Of a stretch of 64,000 bases of DNA, positions 39,349-47,596 are shown one piece after another. Under the pieces are notes generated by a model, which saw nothing but the letters and a program-made list of their open reading frames with translations, had not been told where the DNA came from and searched no databases. The stretch's first letter is position 1. Each line of letters starts with the position of its first letter. Location of the stretch: positions 7,675 through 71,674 of the forward strand of contig JACRMP010000037.1 in NCBI GenBank assembly GCA_016214885.1, in the 5' to 3' direction. Both the position numbers and the translations under genes were made by a program. Origin of the DNA: Candidatus Gottesmanbacteria bacterium. GTDB lineage: Bacteria; Patescibacteriota; Microgenomatia; UBA10105; UBA927.

Positions 39349-40749
39349 TTACCGTATTTTTGCGCCGACGGCCATTCCTTCTGCTGAAATAAACTGCGGC
39401 TTATTATCCACCCCGCCCGCTTCGCTGCGAGGCGAGTCCACGGCAAGGATCATCCCCTGACTTTCTTCATCCATCATTTTACGCGGCGCGAGATTGGTGA
39501 TAAAGAAAAATTGCTTCCCCGTAAAGTCGTCGGGAGTATAACCAAATCCCCGCACTCCGGTAAAAATAATCCGTTTACTATCTTCCCCCACATCTACGAC
39601 AAGCCGGATAAGCTTGTCGCTCCCCTCTTTGTTCGCCGCTTCCACTACATGCCCCACACGAATTTCAACCCGGGCAAATTCATCAATAGAAATATGTGTG
39701 CCTGAGGTAGATTTTTGGTATTCAAAAAATGAATATGTTGTTGTAACGCCGATGGCGTCCCGAACACCCTTCATCGTTTGTGTCGCAACGGAAAGTGCGC
39801 GTGCCTGACCGCTATGCAATATCTTCTTTACCAAAGTGGGGTTGTTTTTTAACTCTTCATATGCTGAGCGGGCCGGACCAAAAAATGACATGAGGCTTTT
39901 GAATAAGTACTCTTTCACTTCAACGTCTGACACCTTCCCTGCTTTATATTGCTCCTTAAGTGCTGCAACCTCAGTAGGGTGACCAAAAAACCCTAAATAG
40001 GTAAACACCATATTTCCCTCAATATGCCCCGGATCAGTTGCATGTTTCCTTGTGGGGTCAGTATATGCACCCATCACTTGTTTTCGTACCACATCTTCGG
40101 ATTCAAATATCGAAACTACATTACCTAGCGTCTTACTCATCTTCCGCTGTCCGTCAGTTCCCAGCACTACCGCCACCTCATCGGGGATAAAAGGGTCAGG
40201 CAACTTAAAAACATTTTTCTTATAAATTTTATTGAAGTATCCGGCTATGTCCCGCGTAATTTCTACATGCTGCTTCTGATCTTTTCCTACCGGCACCAAG
40301 TCCGCCTGATATAAAAGGATATCGGCTGCCATAAGCATGGGGTAACTGAACAAGCCAACATTGATATCGTCTTCCATCACGTCTTTTTGGAGTTTGTCCT
40401 TATATGCATGGGCGCGCTTAAGAAGACCCAGCGGTGTTACGTTGTTGATTATTGACTGGCATTCCGTATGCATGGGCACATCGGATTGACGGAAAAAAAT
40501 AATGTTATTAAACTCACTCTCCGTCATGAAGCCACGAAGCAGCGCTAACTCATTAAGCACCAGCGTTTCTATATTGTGCTGTAGCTTAAACTTATCCTGG
40601 ATGGTCGTTAACCCATGAAGATCCGCCACCATAAGAAATGTTTCATGGGACTTGGCCAGCTCAATAAATTGCCGGACTGCCCCAAGATAATTGCCTATAT
40701 GCAGTGATCCGTCCCCGCTTGGAGTGATACCTGATAATAATCGTTTCAT
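39349..40749 (-). CDS. trpS: tryptophanyl-tRNA synthetase fused to a C-terminal tRNA-binding (EMAP/Trbp111-like) domain
   Basis: GITPSGDGSLHIGNY (HIGH region) and KMSKTLGN. The C-terminal ~100 aa resemble the OB-fold tRNA-binding domain (GKQFFFITNLAPRKMMDEESQGMILA). Confidence 0.85.
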   Translation of the reverse strand: MKRLLSGITPSGDGSLHIGNYLGAVRQFIELAKSHETFLMVADLHGLTTIQDKFKLQHNIETLVLNELALLRGFMTESEFNNIIFFRQSDVPMHTECQSIINNVTPLGLLKRAHAYKDKLQKDVMEDDINVGLFSYPMLMAADILLYQADLVPVGKDQKQHVEITRDIAGYFNKIYKKNVFKLPDPFIPDEVAVVLGTDGQRKMSKTLGNVVSIFESEDVVRKQVMGAYTDPTRKHATDPGHIEGNMVFTYLGFFGHPTEVAALKEQYKAGKVSDVEVKEYLFKSLMSFFGPARSAYEELKNNPTLVKKILHSGQARALSVATQTMKGVRDAIGVTTTYSFFEYQKSTSGTHISIDEFARVEIRVGHVVEAANKEGSDKLIRLVVDVGEDSKRIIFTGVRGFGYTPDDFTGKQFFFITNLAPRKMMDEESQGMILAVDSPRSEAGGVDNKPQFISAEGMAVGAKIR

Positions 40750-40789
40750 ATGTTTCCTCCTTTTGATAATAGCATTACTTAGACTTCTT

Positions 40790-40818
40790 GGCGCCCCGTC
40801 AGAAAATGACGGGGCGCC
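40790..40818. promoter_or_regulatory. perfect 12-bp GC-rich hairpin between trpB2 and trpS
   Basis: GGCGCCCCGTCA-GAAAA-TGACGGGGCGCC, with no adjacent U-tract on either strand. Confidence 0.5.
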
Positions 40819-40832
40819 ATCGGTAAAACCTA

Positions 40833-42140
40833 CTACACCATTCCTCCTTCCAAAAACTCCTCGTATGCCCCGAGATCTAACAGCCCATGCCCAGAAAGGC
40901 TGAAAAGGATGGTTTTCTTTTTTCCTTCTTCTTTGGCACGATTCGCCTCCTCAATGACCTGCCGTATGGCATGCGCCGACTCAGGCGCAGGAATGATACC
41001 TTCGGCTTGTGCAAACTTCCTGGCCGCAGCAAAAACATCCCGTTGTCCGTAGGCTGTGGCCTCCATCAATTTTTTGTAATAAAGAAAACTCACTAACGGC
41101 GAATCACCATGGTACCGGAGTCCACCGGCATGAATTGGCGAAGGAACAAACCCGCTCCCCATGGTGTACATTTTCATCAGCGGCGTCATACCTGCCGTAT
41201 CAGCTGAATCATACCGGTACTCGCCTTTTGTAAGCGATGGACATGACTCTGGTTCAACCGCCACCACCCGGAGTGCGGACGCATTACCGGAAAGTTTATC
41301 CGCCAGGAATGGAAAACTTATTCCAGCGAGATTACTCCCTCCCCCGCAACAGCCGACCACAACATCGGGATACACTCCGCCCTTCTCCATCTGCCGTTTT
41401 GCTTCCAGACCGATAATAGTCTGGTGAGTCAGCACATGATTTAACACACTACCCAATGCATAATGGGCTCCGGGAGTAGTTACGGCTACCTCAATCGCCT
41501 CCGATATGGCCATCCCCAACGACCCCATAGTGCCCGGTAACCGGGAAAGAAATGCTTTTCCTGCCTGTGTTTCCACTGACGGACTTGCGATGACATCCGC
41601 TCCGTACAGGTGCATCACCGTTTTTCTGTACGGTTTTTGTTCATACGAACCTTTCACCATGAACACCTTGCACTTCATATTAAAAAACCGGCATGCAAGC
41701 GCAAGAGCCGACCCCCACTGTCCGGCTCCTGTTTCCGTAGTAAGCAGACTCACTCCTTCTTTTTTGTTGTAATATGCCTGCGGCAGCGCGGTATTGAGCT
41801 TATGACTCCCGACAGGCGAAGCCCCCTCGTATTTAAAATAAATGCTGGCAGGCGTTCCCAATATCTTTTCCAGACGGCTTGCACGAAGGAGCGGCGACGG
41901 CCGGTACGATGCATACAGCTCCCTCACCTCATCAGGAATCGGAATTTCTTTCTCCAAAGAAACCTCCTGCTTAATAAGTTCCAGGGGAAACAACCGCAAA
42001 AGTGCCTCCGGTCCTATTGGCTTCTTCGTTTTCGGATCAAGCGGCGGCTCCGGCAGCTCTCCCAAGTACTTATTCAGATAATAGGGCAGATTCAGATATG
42101 CATCCGGCATCTCCCGCTTTTTTAATATATTTTTTTTCAT
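40833..42140 (-). CDS. trpB: tryptophan synthase beta-like PLP enzyme (TrpB2 type)
   Basis: Length ~435 aa, with GGGSNLAGISFPF and a PLP-lysine region typical of TrpB2. The start is placed at MKKNIL. Confidence 0.75.
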   Translation of the reverse strand: MKKNILKKREMPDAYLNLPYYLNKYLGELPEPPLDPKTKKPIGPEALLRLFPLELIKQEVSLEKEIPIPDEVRELYASYRPSPLLRASRLEKILGTPASIYFKYEGASPVGSHKLNTALPQAYYNKKEGVSLLTTETGAGQWGSALALACRFFNMKCKVFMVKGSYEQKPYRKTVMHLYGADVIASPSVETQAGKAFLSRLPGTMGSLGMAISEAIEVAVTTPGAHYALGSVLNHVLTHQTIIGLEAKRQMEKGGVYPDVVVGCCGGGSNLAGISFPFLADKLSGNASALRVVAVEPESCPSLTKGEYRYDSADTAGMTPLMKMYTMGSGFVPSPIHAGGLRYHGDSPLVSFLYYKKLMEATAYGQRDVFAAARKFAQAEGIIPAPESAHAIRQVIEEANRAKEEGKKKTILFSLSGHGLLDLGAYEEFLEGGMV

Positions 42141-42247
42141 ACCATATTCCTTTCGATAAATGTTTAATACAATACCCAAAAAACAGCCTTGTGCCGCCAG
42201 TATTCCCTTCCTAAGCTTTTCCAAAATAAATAAATATACATACTGTG

Positions 42248-42649
42248 TTATGTCATTAAATCTGCTACCCGTATGAACAATACGCTTCGGCCTTTACCGA
42301 TAAAATGGCGCGTTGTTTTTGATGGAAATAGCATATGTGACCTTGCCCGTCTGATAACATAATCCTTTAGCATATCCATCAATATCTCTTTTCTTCGTAA
42401 ATAGACCTTTATCCTTGCGTCCTGATACCGAACATACATAACCGGTACGCGTCTTGCCCCCATCTCCTGCAACGCCCGAACACGGTGATGACCGTCCAAA
42501 ATAACTTTCGATTTTCTATCAACAATCACCGGTCTTCGAACCGCACCCCGTCTGCGAATTTGTGCTCGCACCTCGACAATACGGGCGCGGTCTGTCCGCT
42601 CATGTGCTACAAGTTTTTGTATATCAACCAATTGTATTTTTTGATGCAT
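42248..42649 (-). CDS. ParB/sulfiredoxin-like nuclease-domain protein
   Basis: VILDGHHR motif. Start at MHQKIQ, preceded by AAGGAGGAT. Confidence 0.6.
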   Translation of the reverse strand: MHQKIQLVDIQKLVAHERTDRARIVEVRAQIRRRGAVRRPVIVDRKSKVILDGHHRVRALQEMGARRVPVMYVRYQDARIKVYLRRKEILMDMLKDYVIRRARSHMLFPSKTTRHFIGKGRSVLFIRVADLMT

Positions 42650-43002
42650 AATCCTCCTTATCACCCACAAAAAAGCCCTTACAAATCCCCAAAGACATAC
42701 CTTGGAAATCTGCAAGGGCCTTTCCGCCTGCTGGCGGATGGCGGTGCCACCCTGCTATTTGTTATCTCAAAAAAAATGCTTCCCGAAGGAAGCACGTCAG
42801 CTGAGGATAACCTCATTCTTGACGAGCTCCGTTATATACACGACACTCGCTCCTGTCTTTTTACGGTTTCGGCTCCGTACTTGATTTAAGAGTCAGCTTT
42901 CCCCGGTTCCAACCCTCCGGATCAACGCTTTTATTAACTTGATGACAAGTATACCATAACGGGTCAATTCTCCGCCCGCAATGACTCTGCTACAATGTTT
43001 TT

Positions 43003-43296
43003 ATGGACATCGGAAAGCTCTCGTATTACAGCCGGAAAATCCACCGGCTCAGTCTATGGTTTGTCGTCACATTAGGACTGGTGCAGATGGCCACAGGACT
43101 CGCCATGAAGTATCCTCAATGGCTGGCCTTTTTTAATCAGGAAAGTATCCGGCTTCTTCATTTTCAAACTGCATCATGGTTTGCTATTGCCTTTGGAGCA
43201 CAGTTAACAACGGGAATGGTGATGTATTTTATTCCTATGATTATAAAATACAAACAAAAAAAACGTACGACAAATCCTCCGTCACCTCAGGAATAA
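43003..43296 (+). CDS. hypothetical small membrane protein
   Basis: 97 aa with 2-3 hydrophobic helices. Confidence 0.4.
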   Translation: MDIGKLSYYSRKIHRLSLWFVVTLGLVQMATGLAMKYPQWLAFFNQESIRLLHFQTASWFAIAFGAQLTTGMVMYFIPMIIKYKQKKRTTNPPSPQE

Positions 43297-44273
43297 AACC
43301 GCTTCAGTTCTTCATCGCTGGCGCCGGCGTCTGATCCAAGAAAACTCCGGCATAGACGGTACAATTTGGGGGATGTCCGGTATAAACCGATTTTAGCGCC
43401 CATCACCACCCTATCCCGCAATTTACTCGCGTTATAAAAATGAGCAGTGGCATTCTCACTAATTGCCCAGTCGCACGTCCGGCAAAGAGTGTCCACCCGC
43501 TCATCTTCTAACCCCTTTTTTACTACCATCATACCCGGGCTCGAAAAAAGTGATGCATAACTATCTTTACGGAGATTACCGATTATATGCTTCATCCCGA
43601 AATCCTGACAGCACACAAGCACATCACCTGAAGGTGTAAGAATATTACTGATTAAATGCAGCGGACACGACAGCCTGCCGCGGAGCCGTTTCACTTTCCG
43701 GCCACGGAGCATAGGATTAAGACCCGCCCGCGTGTGTATCGGCTGGTATTCAACCCCTACCTTCTGCAACACCGGTCTTAGCTTCGCGTGGACAGATTTT
43801 CCATGAAAATGAAAACTTACGTTTGGTGTCAGGTGCTGCACCGCTATCTCCATCACGCGAATTGCTGTTGGCGTTACCGGAATGCGCTCAATCATTTCAT
43901 CGGAAGATACATGGATAATGAGTTTGTCGGTGCCGTCTTCAGACAAGGAGAGCAGCTTAAAAAGCCTCACGGCTCCATCTTCGGTCAGCCGCGCTAATGT
44001 GGAATATACCGTAACCTCATGCCCTTTCTTTTTGACGTAAGCAATCATATCCAAACACCTGAGGTTCTGGAACGGCTCCGATAATCCTCCAAATCCGATG
44101 CGGACAGTCTTCGGCACCTTATCAACGCACTCCTTAAATACCTCATAGGTCATCATTAAAGGCGAATGAAGTTCACGGGACCGGAGAAGCGTTAACCGCT
44201 GGGGGCAAAACGAACAGGCATTTGAGCACCCTGCTGCAGTTGTTACTTCTAAATAAGGTTGGGTAACTGGCAT
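43287..44273 (-). CDS. radical SAM protein with C-terminal Cys-rich (SPASM/twitch-like) region
   Basis: N-terminal CSNACSFCPQ (Cx3Cx2C), and C-terminal CC...CRTC cysteines. Confidence 0.65.
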   Translation of the reverse strand: MPVTQPYLEVTTAAGCSNACSFCPQRLTLLRSRELHSPLMMTYEVFKECVDKVPKTVRIGFGGLSEPFQNLRCLDMIAYVKKKGHEVTVYSTLARLTEDGAVRLFKLLSLSEDGTDKLIIHVSSDEMIERIPVTPTAIRVMEIAVQHLTPNVSFHFHGKSVHAKLRPVLQKVGVEYQPIHTRAGLNPMLRGRKVKRLRGRLSCPLHLISNILTPSGDVLVCCQDFGMKHIIGNLRKDSYASLFSSPGMMVVKKGLEDERVDTLCRTCDWAISENATAHFYNASKLRDRVVMGAKIGLYRTSPKLYRLCRSFLGSDAGASDEELKRFYS

Positions 44274-44357
44274 AACGGCAAGTAGTTTTATTATACAGAA
44301 GGAGCTTCGTTACCAGAAGAAGTAAACAGCGATACGATAACACCAACACAAATTGTG

Positions 44358-44427
44358 TTGCGGGGCCGGGAATCGCACCCGGCCTAGGAGATTATGAGCC
44401 TCCTGTGCAACTTTACACTACCCCGCG
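44358..44427 (-). tRNA. initiator-type tRNA-Met (anticodon CAU)
   Basis: The reverse complement is CGCGGGGTAGTGTAAAGTTGCACAGGAGGCTCATAATCTCCTAGGCCGGGTGCGATTCCCGGCCCCGCAA. It shows a C1:A72 mismatch and a CGCGGGG...CCCCGCAA acceptor as in bacterial tRNA-fMet, and a CAU anticodon in a 7-nt loop. Confidence 0.7.
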
Positions 44428-44498
44428 GTTTTTAATTCACCAAACGGCTTAAGTATATCAGAATAAGCGCTTAGCCTCAAGCTGAGTATAATACGTCT

Positions 44499-44771
44499 AT
44501 GTGGTTTATTTATATTATTCTTTGCCGCGGCGATAGCCTATATACCGGAGTCACCAATAACCTTAATAAGCGCATGGAAACGCACCGTAAAGGGAACGGT
44601 GGCGCATACACTAAATCCCATATACCAATCCGCATTGTATACAGTGAACGTGTTCTGACCAAATCTGAGGCGCTGAAGCGAGAATATGAAATTAAGTCGT
44701 GGTCACGTAAAAAGAAGATAAACACGCTTCATCTGTCCATAAATACATCACCCGGAGGTTCCTCCGGGTGA
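44499..44771 (+). CDS. GIY-YIG nuclease-domain protein (UPF0213-like)
   Basis: IYIILC...LYTGVTNNLNKRMETH core. 90 aa. Confidence 0.6.
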   Translation: MWFIYIILCRGDSLYTGVTNNLNKRMETHRKGNGGAYTKSHIPIRIVYSERVLTKSEALKREYEIKSWSRKKKINTLHLSINTSPGGSSG

Positions 44772-44795
44772 TGTATTGTTATACGCGTGTAACAC

Positions 44796-45239
44796 TTACC
44801 AATCTCTTCCTCCGCGGTCATCACCACGGTTGTCGCGCCGGTCAAAACCACCGCCACGTCCACCGCGATCGTCTCGTCTTCCTCCTCCGAATCCTCCCCG
44901 TCCTCCTCCGCCACCTCGTCCTCCGCTGAATCCTCCACCGCCACCACCGCGATATCCGCCACCACCGCCACCACCGCGGTTTTCGCGGGGAGCCATTGGT
45001 TTAGCTTCATTTACCACGATTGATCTGCCGTCGAGTTGTGTTCCGTTCAAATCCTGGATAGCTTTCTGTGCGTCATCAGGATTTGTCATTTCGACAAAAC
45101 CAAATCCTCTGGATTTACCCGTAAACTTATCGGTGATAACCTGTGCACTTGCTACCGGTCCAACTTGCGCAAAATGATTGCGAAGTGTGTCTTCTGTCGT
45201 ATCCCAACTTAATCCTCCAACAAATAACTTAGCTGCCAT
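44796..45239 (-). CDS. RRM-domain glycine-rich RNA-binding protein
   Basis: RNP1 KSRGFGFVEM and RNP2 LFVGGL, with a C-terminal RGG/Gly-rich tail. A strong AAGGAGGTGA Shine-Dalgarno precedes the gene. Confidence 0.8.
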   Translation of the reverse strand: MAAKLFVGGLSWDTTEDTLRNHFAQVGPVASAQVITDKFTGKSRGFGFVEMTNPDDAQKAIQDLNGTQLDGRSIVVNEAKPMAPRENRGGGGGGGYRGGGGGGFSGGRGGGGGRGGFGGGRRDDRGGRGGGFDRRDNRGDDRGGRDW

Positions 45240-45379
45240 AAAAAAATTCACCTCCTTAAGGTATCCCCATCTATCGCGTACCTATCCTACTAAAGCAACA
45301 GAATACGAACAGAAAGGTTAGATGGAGTCATTATACCATTTGACCCGTCGGAAAGGTTCACCTACACTAAACTCAGCCT

Positions 45380-45952
45380 ATGAAACCACATCGATCAGCC
45401 GCGTTATTTTCTTATATCCCCGCATTCATTGTCTTTTTGTTTTTTAACGTTATAGTACTCGACGGCATATTGGTATGGAAATTGCTTCATACCGGCAATG
45501 TTCTCGGTACAACGACTGCCGATACATGCCCCGCCGCCTGTATTACCCGCATAAATCAAGTCGCAGGCAAAACAACAACCACTAGCGGTGTAAAGGAATA
45601 CTTTGTCCCGCTGGGATCGGGTACCAGTGCAGCAAGTGATTGGGCAGATGTAGCCGGAGCCAGCGCATATGTAGATACTTCATCCTATGGAAAAATGAAA
45701 AAAGTCACTTTCGAAGCGACTATCTCCCAACCGGTAAGCAGTCAGAAGGTGTGGATCAGACTCTTTAACGCGACGGATAAACATCCGGTATGGTATTCGG
45801 AAGTCGTAACCGACAGCGCAGGACCCATCCTTCTTATCTCATCCCCTATCACCCTCGACACGGGCAATAAGCTCTATCAGGTGCAAATGAAAACCCAGCT
45901 AAACGGGGTCACAAGCCTCAGCCAGTCGCGAATTCACATTACAACGCACTAA
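45380..45952 (+). CDS. hypothetical membrane-anchored/secreted protein
   Basis: 190 aa with an N-terminal TM or signal-anchor and a Thr/Ser-rich region. Confidence 0.4.
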   Translation: MKPHRSAALFSYIPAFIVFLFFNVIVLDGILVWKLLHTGNVLGTTTADTCPAACITRINQVAGKTTTTSGVKEYFVPLGSGTSAASDWADVAGASAYVDTSSYGKMKKVTFEATISQPVSSQKVWIRLFNATDKHPVWYSEVVTDSAGPILLISSPITLDTGNKLYQVQMKTQLNGVTSLSQSRIHITTH

Positions 45953-45997
45953 TCCCGTTGTTTTCCCCCCTCAATCTGGTAAAATACGATGACTTAC

Positions 45998-46069
45998 GCC
46001 AGCGTAGCTCAGTGGTAGAGCAGTGTCTTCATAAGGCATTTGTCGCAGGTCCGATCCCTGCCGCTGGCA
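45998..46069 (+). tRNA. tRNA-Met (elongator-type, anticodon CAU; a tRNA-Ile2/lysidine is also possible)
   Basis: GCCAGCG acceptor, D-arm TAGCTCAGTGGTAGAGC, anticodon loop TTCATAA, T-arm GCAGG-TCCGATC-CCTGC, and a CGCTGGC-A 3' end. Confidence 0.8.
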
Positions 46070-46075
46070 CCCGTA

Positions 46076-46426
46076 CTAAAAGAACAGGCTCCACCATTTT
46101 TTCCAGTTGGGTATATTTTTTTCCTCCCCGGATTCTCTCCCCTGAACGGCACCCTCAGGGAGCATAACGATGGTCTCCCCTTCTTTAATCATGCCCAGCT
46201 GATCTCTCGCCACACGCTCAACGTACGCATCGCTCCCCATATCTTTAAGCTTATCCTGTAAGGTATTATTTTCTGCCTGAATTTTAGCAAGTTCCCGCTT
46301 GCGGACATCCACAACATCCCTCCGCTGCCAGAGTTCTACTATCGTACGGCCGGCGGATATGGCCAACCCGAGGCTAATTAAAGCTACGGCAATCCGGATA
46401 GTATGGATAGGTGAACGCATCATCAT
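46076..46426 (-). CDS. ftsB: FtsB/DivIC-family septum formation initiator
   Basis: N-terminal TM, a coiled coil, and a C-terminal VERVARDQLGMIKEGE motif typical of the family. Confidence 0.6.
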   Translation of the reverse strand: MMMRSPIHTIRIAVALISLGLAISAGRTIVELWQRRDVVDVRKRELAKIQAENNTLQDKLKDMGSDAYVERVARDQLGMIKEGETIVMLPEGAVQGRESGEEKNIPNWKKWWSLFF

Positions 46427-46535
46427 ATTGTGTTTAGGTCTAGTATATGATATTATAGGCTTCTAGTAACAGGTTCCATACCCAAGCTCTTTTCTGCCTC
46501 AATTGAACTGTGTATGACACCCTGGATCACCTACC

Positions 46536-47396
46536 ATGACACTCGACCTGAAAACAGCTCATAAACAATTTGTGGAGTACCTCACCTCGAGGCGGCGTGC
46601 TCATGCTACCATCGTAGCATACAGCAAAGACATCGAGCAGCTTGTAGCATTTTTGGGAAATACCGGTAAAAAAGACATTACTACGATCACCAAGGAAGAA
46701 CTAGAAGCCTTTCTCAAGAAGCTTGCCGTCGACAGCTATACCCCGAAGTCCGTTTCACGGAAAATAAACTCTATGAAGACATTTTACCGCTTCCTCAAAA
46801 CAAGCGGCAGCATAACGGTAGATCCTGCAACTGACATAGAACACCCGAAATATGACGTCAAGCCGCCGCGCATTCTTTCCAAACTTGAATACCGTGCGTT
46901 ACGTGACGCGTGCCGCGGCGACATACGGACACATGCCATCGTAGAACTGTTTCTGCAAACAGGCCTCCGCATTGGTGAACTCGCTAATCTTGGGATTGCT
47001 GACGTTAAAGACACAGAGCTTCATATTGCAGCCCAAGAAGGCCACGAAGAACGCATGGTGCCACTCAACCGTGCCGCCAAAGAAGCACTCGACAGCTGGC
47101 TTAAAGTGCGAAGTAGCGAAGCTAAGTCACCTTCGCTGTTTATCACAAAAACCGGCCGACCCCTTTTAATCAGAAACATCCGCACTGCCATAGACCGGTA
47201 CTTTAAGGTGGCGGGTATTGAAGATGCAAAAGTGAATGACCTCAGGCACACATTTATCGCCCATCACCTCATGGCAGGAACAGCAATCACCACGATAAGC
47301 AAACTTGTCGGCCACAAGCGTCTTTCTACCACAGAAAAATACCTGGAGTTCATAACCGACAAACACGTCGAACACGTCAAGTTGGACGAGCTCTAA
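46536..47396 (+). CDS. tyrosine site-specific recombinase (XerC/XerD-like)
   Basis: N-terminal SAM-like domain, and C-terminal R...HxxRH...Y catalytic residues (LRHTFIAHHL...TEKY). Confidence 0.8.
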   Translation: MTLDLKTAHKQFVEYLTSRRRAHATIVAYSKDIEQLVAFLGNTGKKDITTITKEELEAFLKKLAVDSYTPKSVSRKINSMKTFYRFLKTSGSITVDPATDIEHPKYDVKPPRILSKLEYRALRDACRGDIRTHAIVELFLQTGLRIGELANLGIADVKDTELHIAAQEGHEERMVPLNRAAKEALDSWLKVRSSEAKSPSLFITKTGRPLLIRNIRTAIDRYFKVAGIEDAKVNDLRHTFIAHHLMAGTAITTISKLVGHKRLSTTEKYLEFITDKHVEHVKLDEL

Positions 47397-47404
47397 AAAG
47401 AGAG

Positions 47405-47592
47405 GTATACTATACGAAAGGCGATTGAGTCTGACCAGTCATCAGACGAGCTTCCTGATCAACATCTTTGAAAAGACTAATAATCAGGACGGGTTTGCCC
47501 GTAACCGCTATAAGTAAGAAGCAAGTAAGGTGGTACCACGAATTAGCGTTTTTGCTGACTCGTCCTTATAATCATATATAAGCGACGGGTTT
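47405..47592 (+). promoter_or_regulatory. candidate T-box riboswitch leader (Val specifier) for valS
   Basis: Stem GTCTGA/TCAGAC with loop CCAGTCA presents GUC followed by A (47437..47440). A downstream AAGTAAGGTGGTACCACG matches the T-box consensus AAUUAGGGUGGNACCGCG, with UGGU compatible with discriminator A. A U7 run lies just before the valS ATG. Confidence 0.5.
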
Positions 47593-47596
47593 TTTT

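Noticed and set aside
43287-44273. Radical SAM as the missing EpmB (lysine 2,3-aminomutase)
   Set aside because: The cysteine motif is CSNACSFC near residue 16, not the KamA-type CxxxCRHC, and the PLP-binding features of aminomutases are not apparent.
44729-45177. ORFs 44729..45010(-) and 44776..45177(+) encoding poly-Pro/Arg or acidic repeats
   Set aside because: These are alternative-frame or antisense readings of the GGN-rich Gly-tail region of the RRM gene, which is low-complexity.
45958-46167. 69-aa ORF on the plus strand
   Set aside because: It overlaps the well-formed tRNA-Met at 45998..46069.
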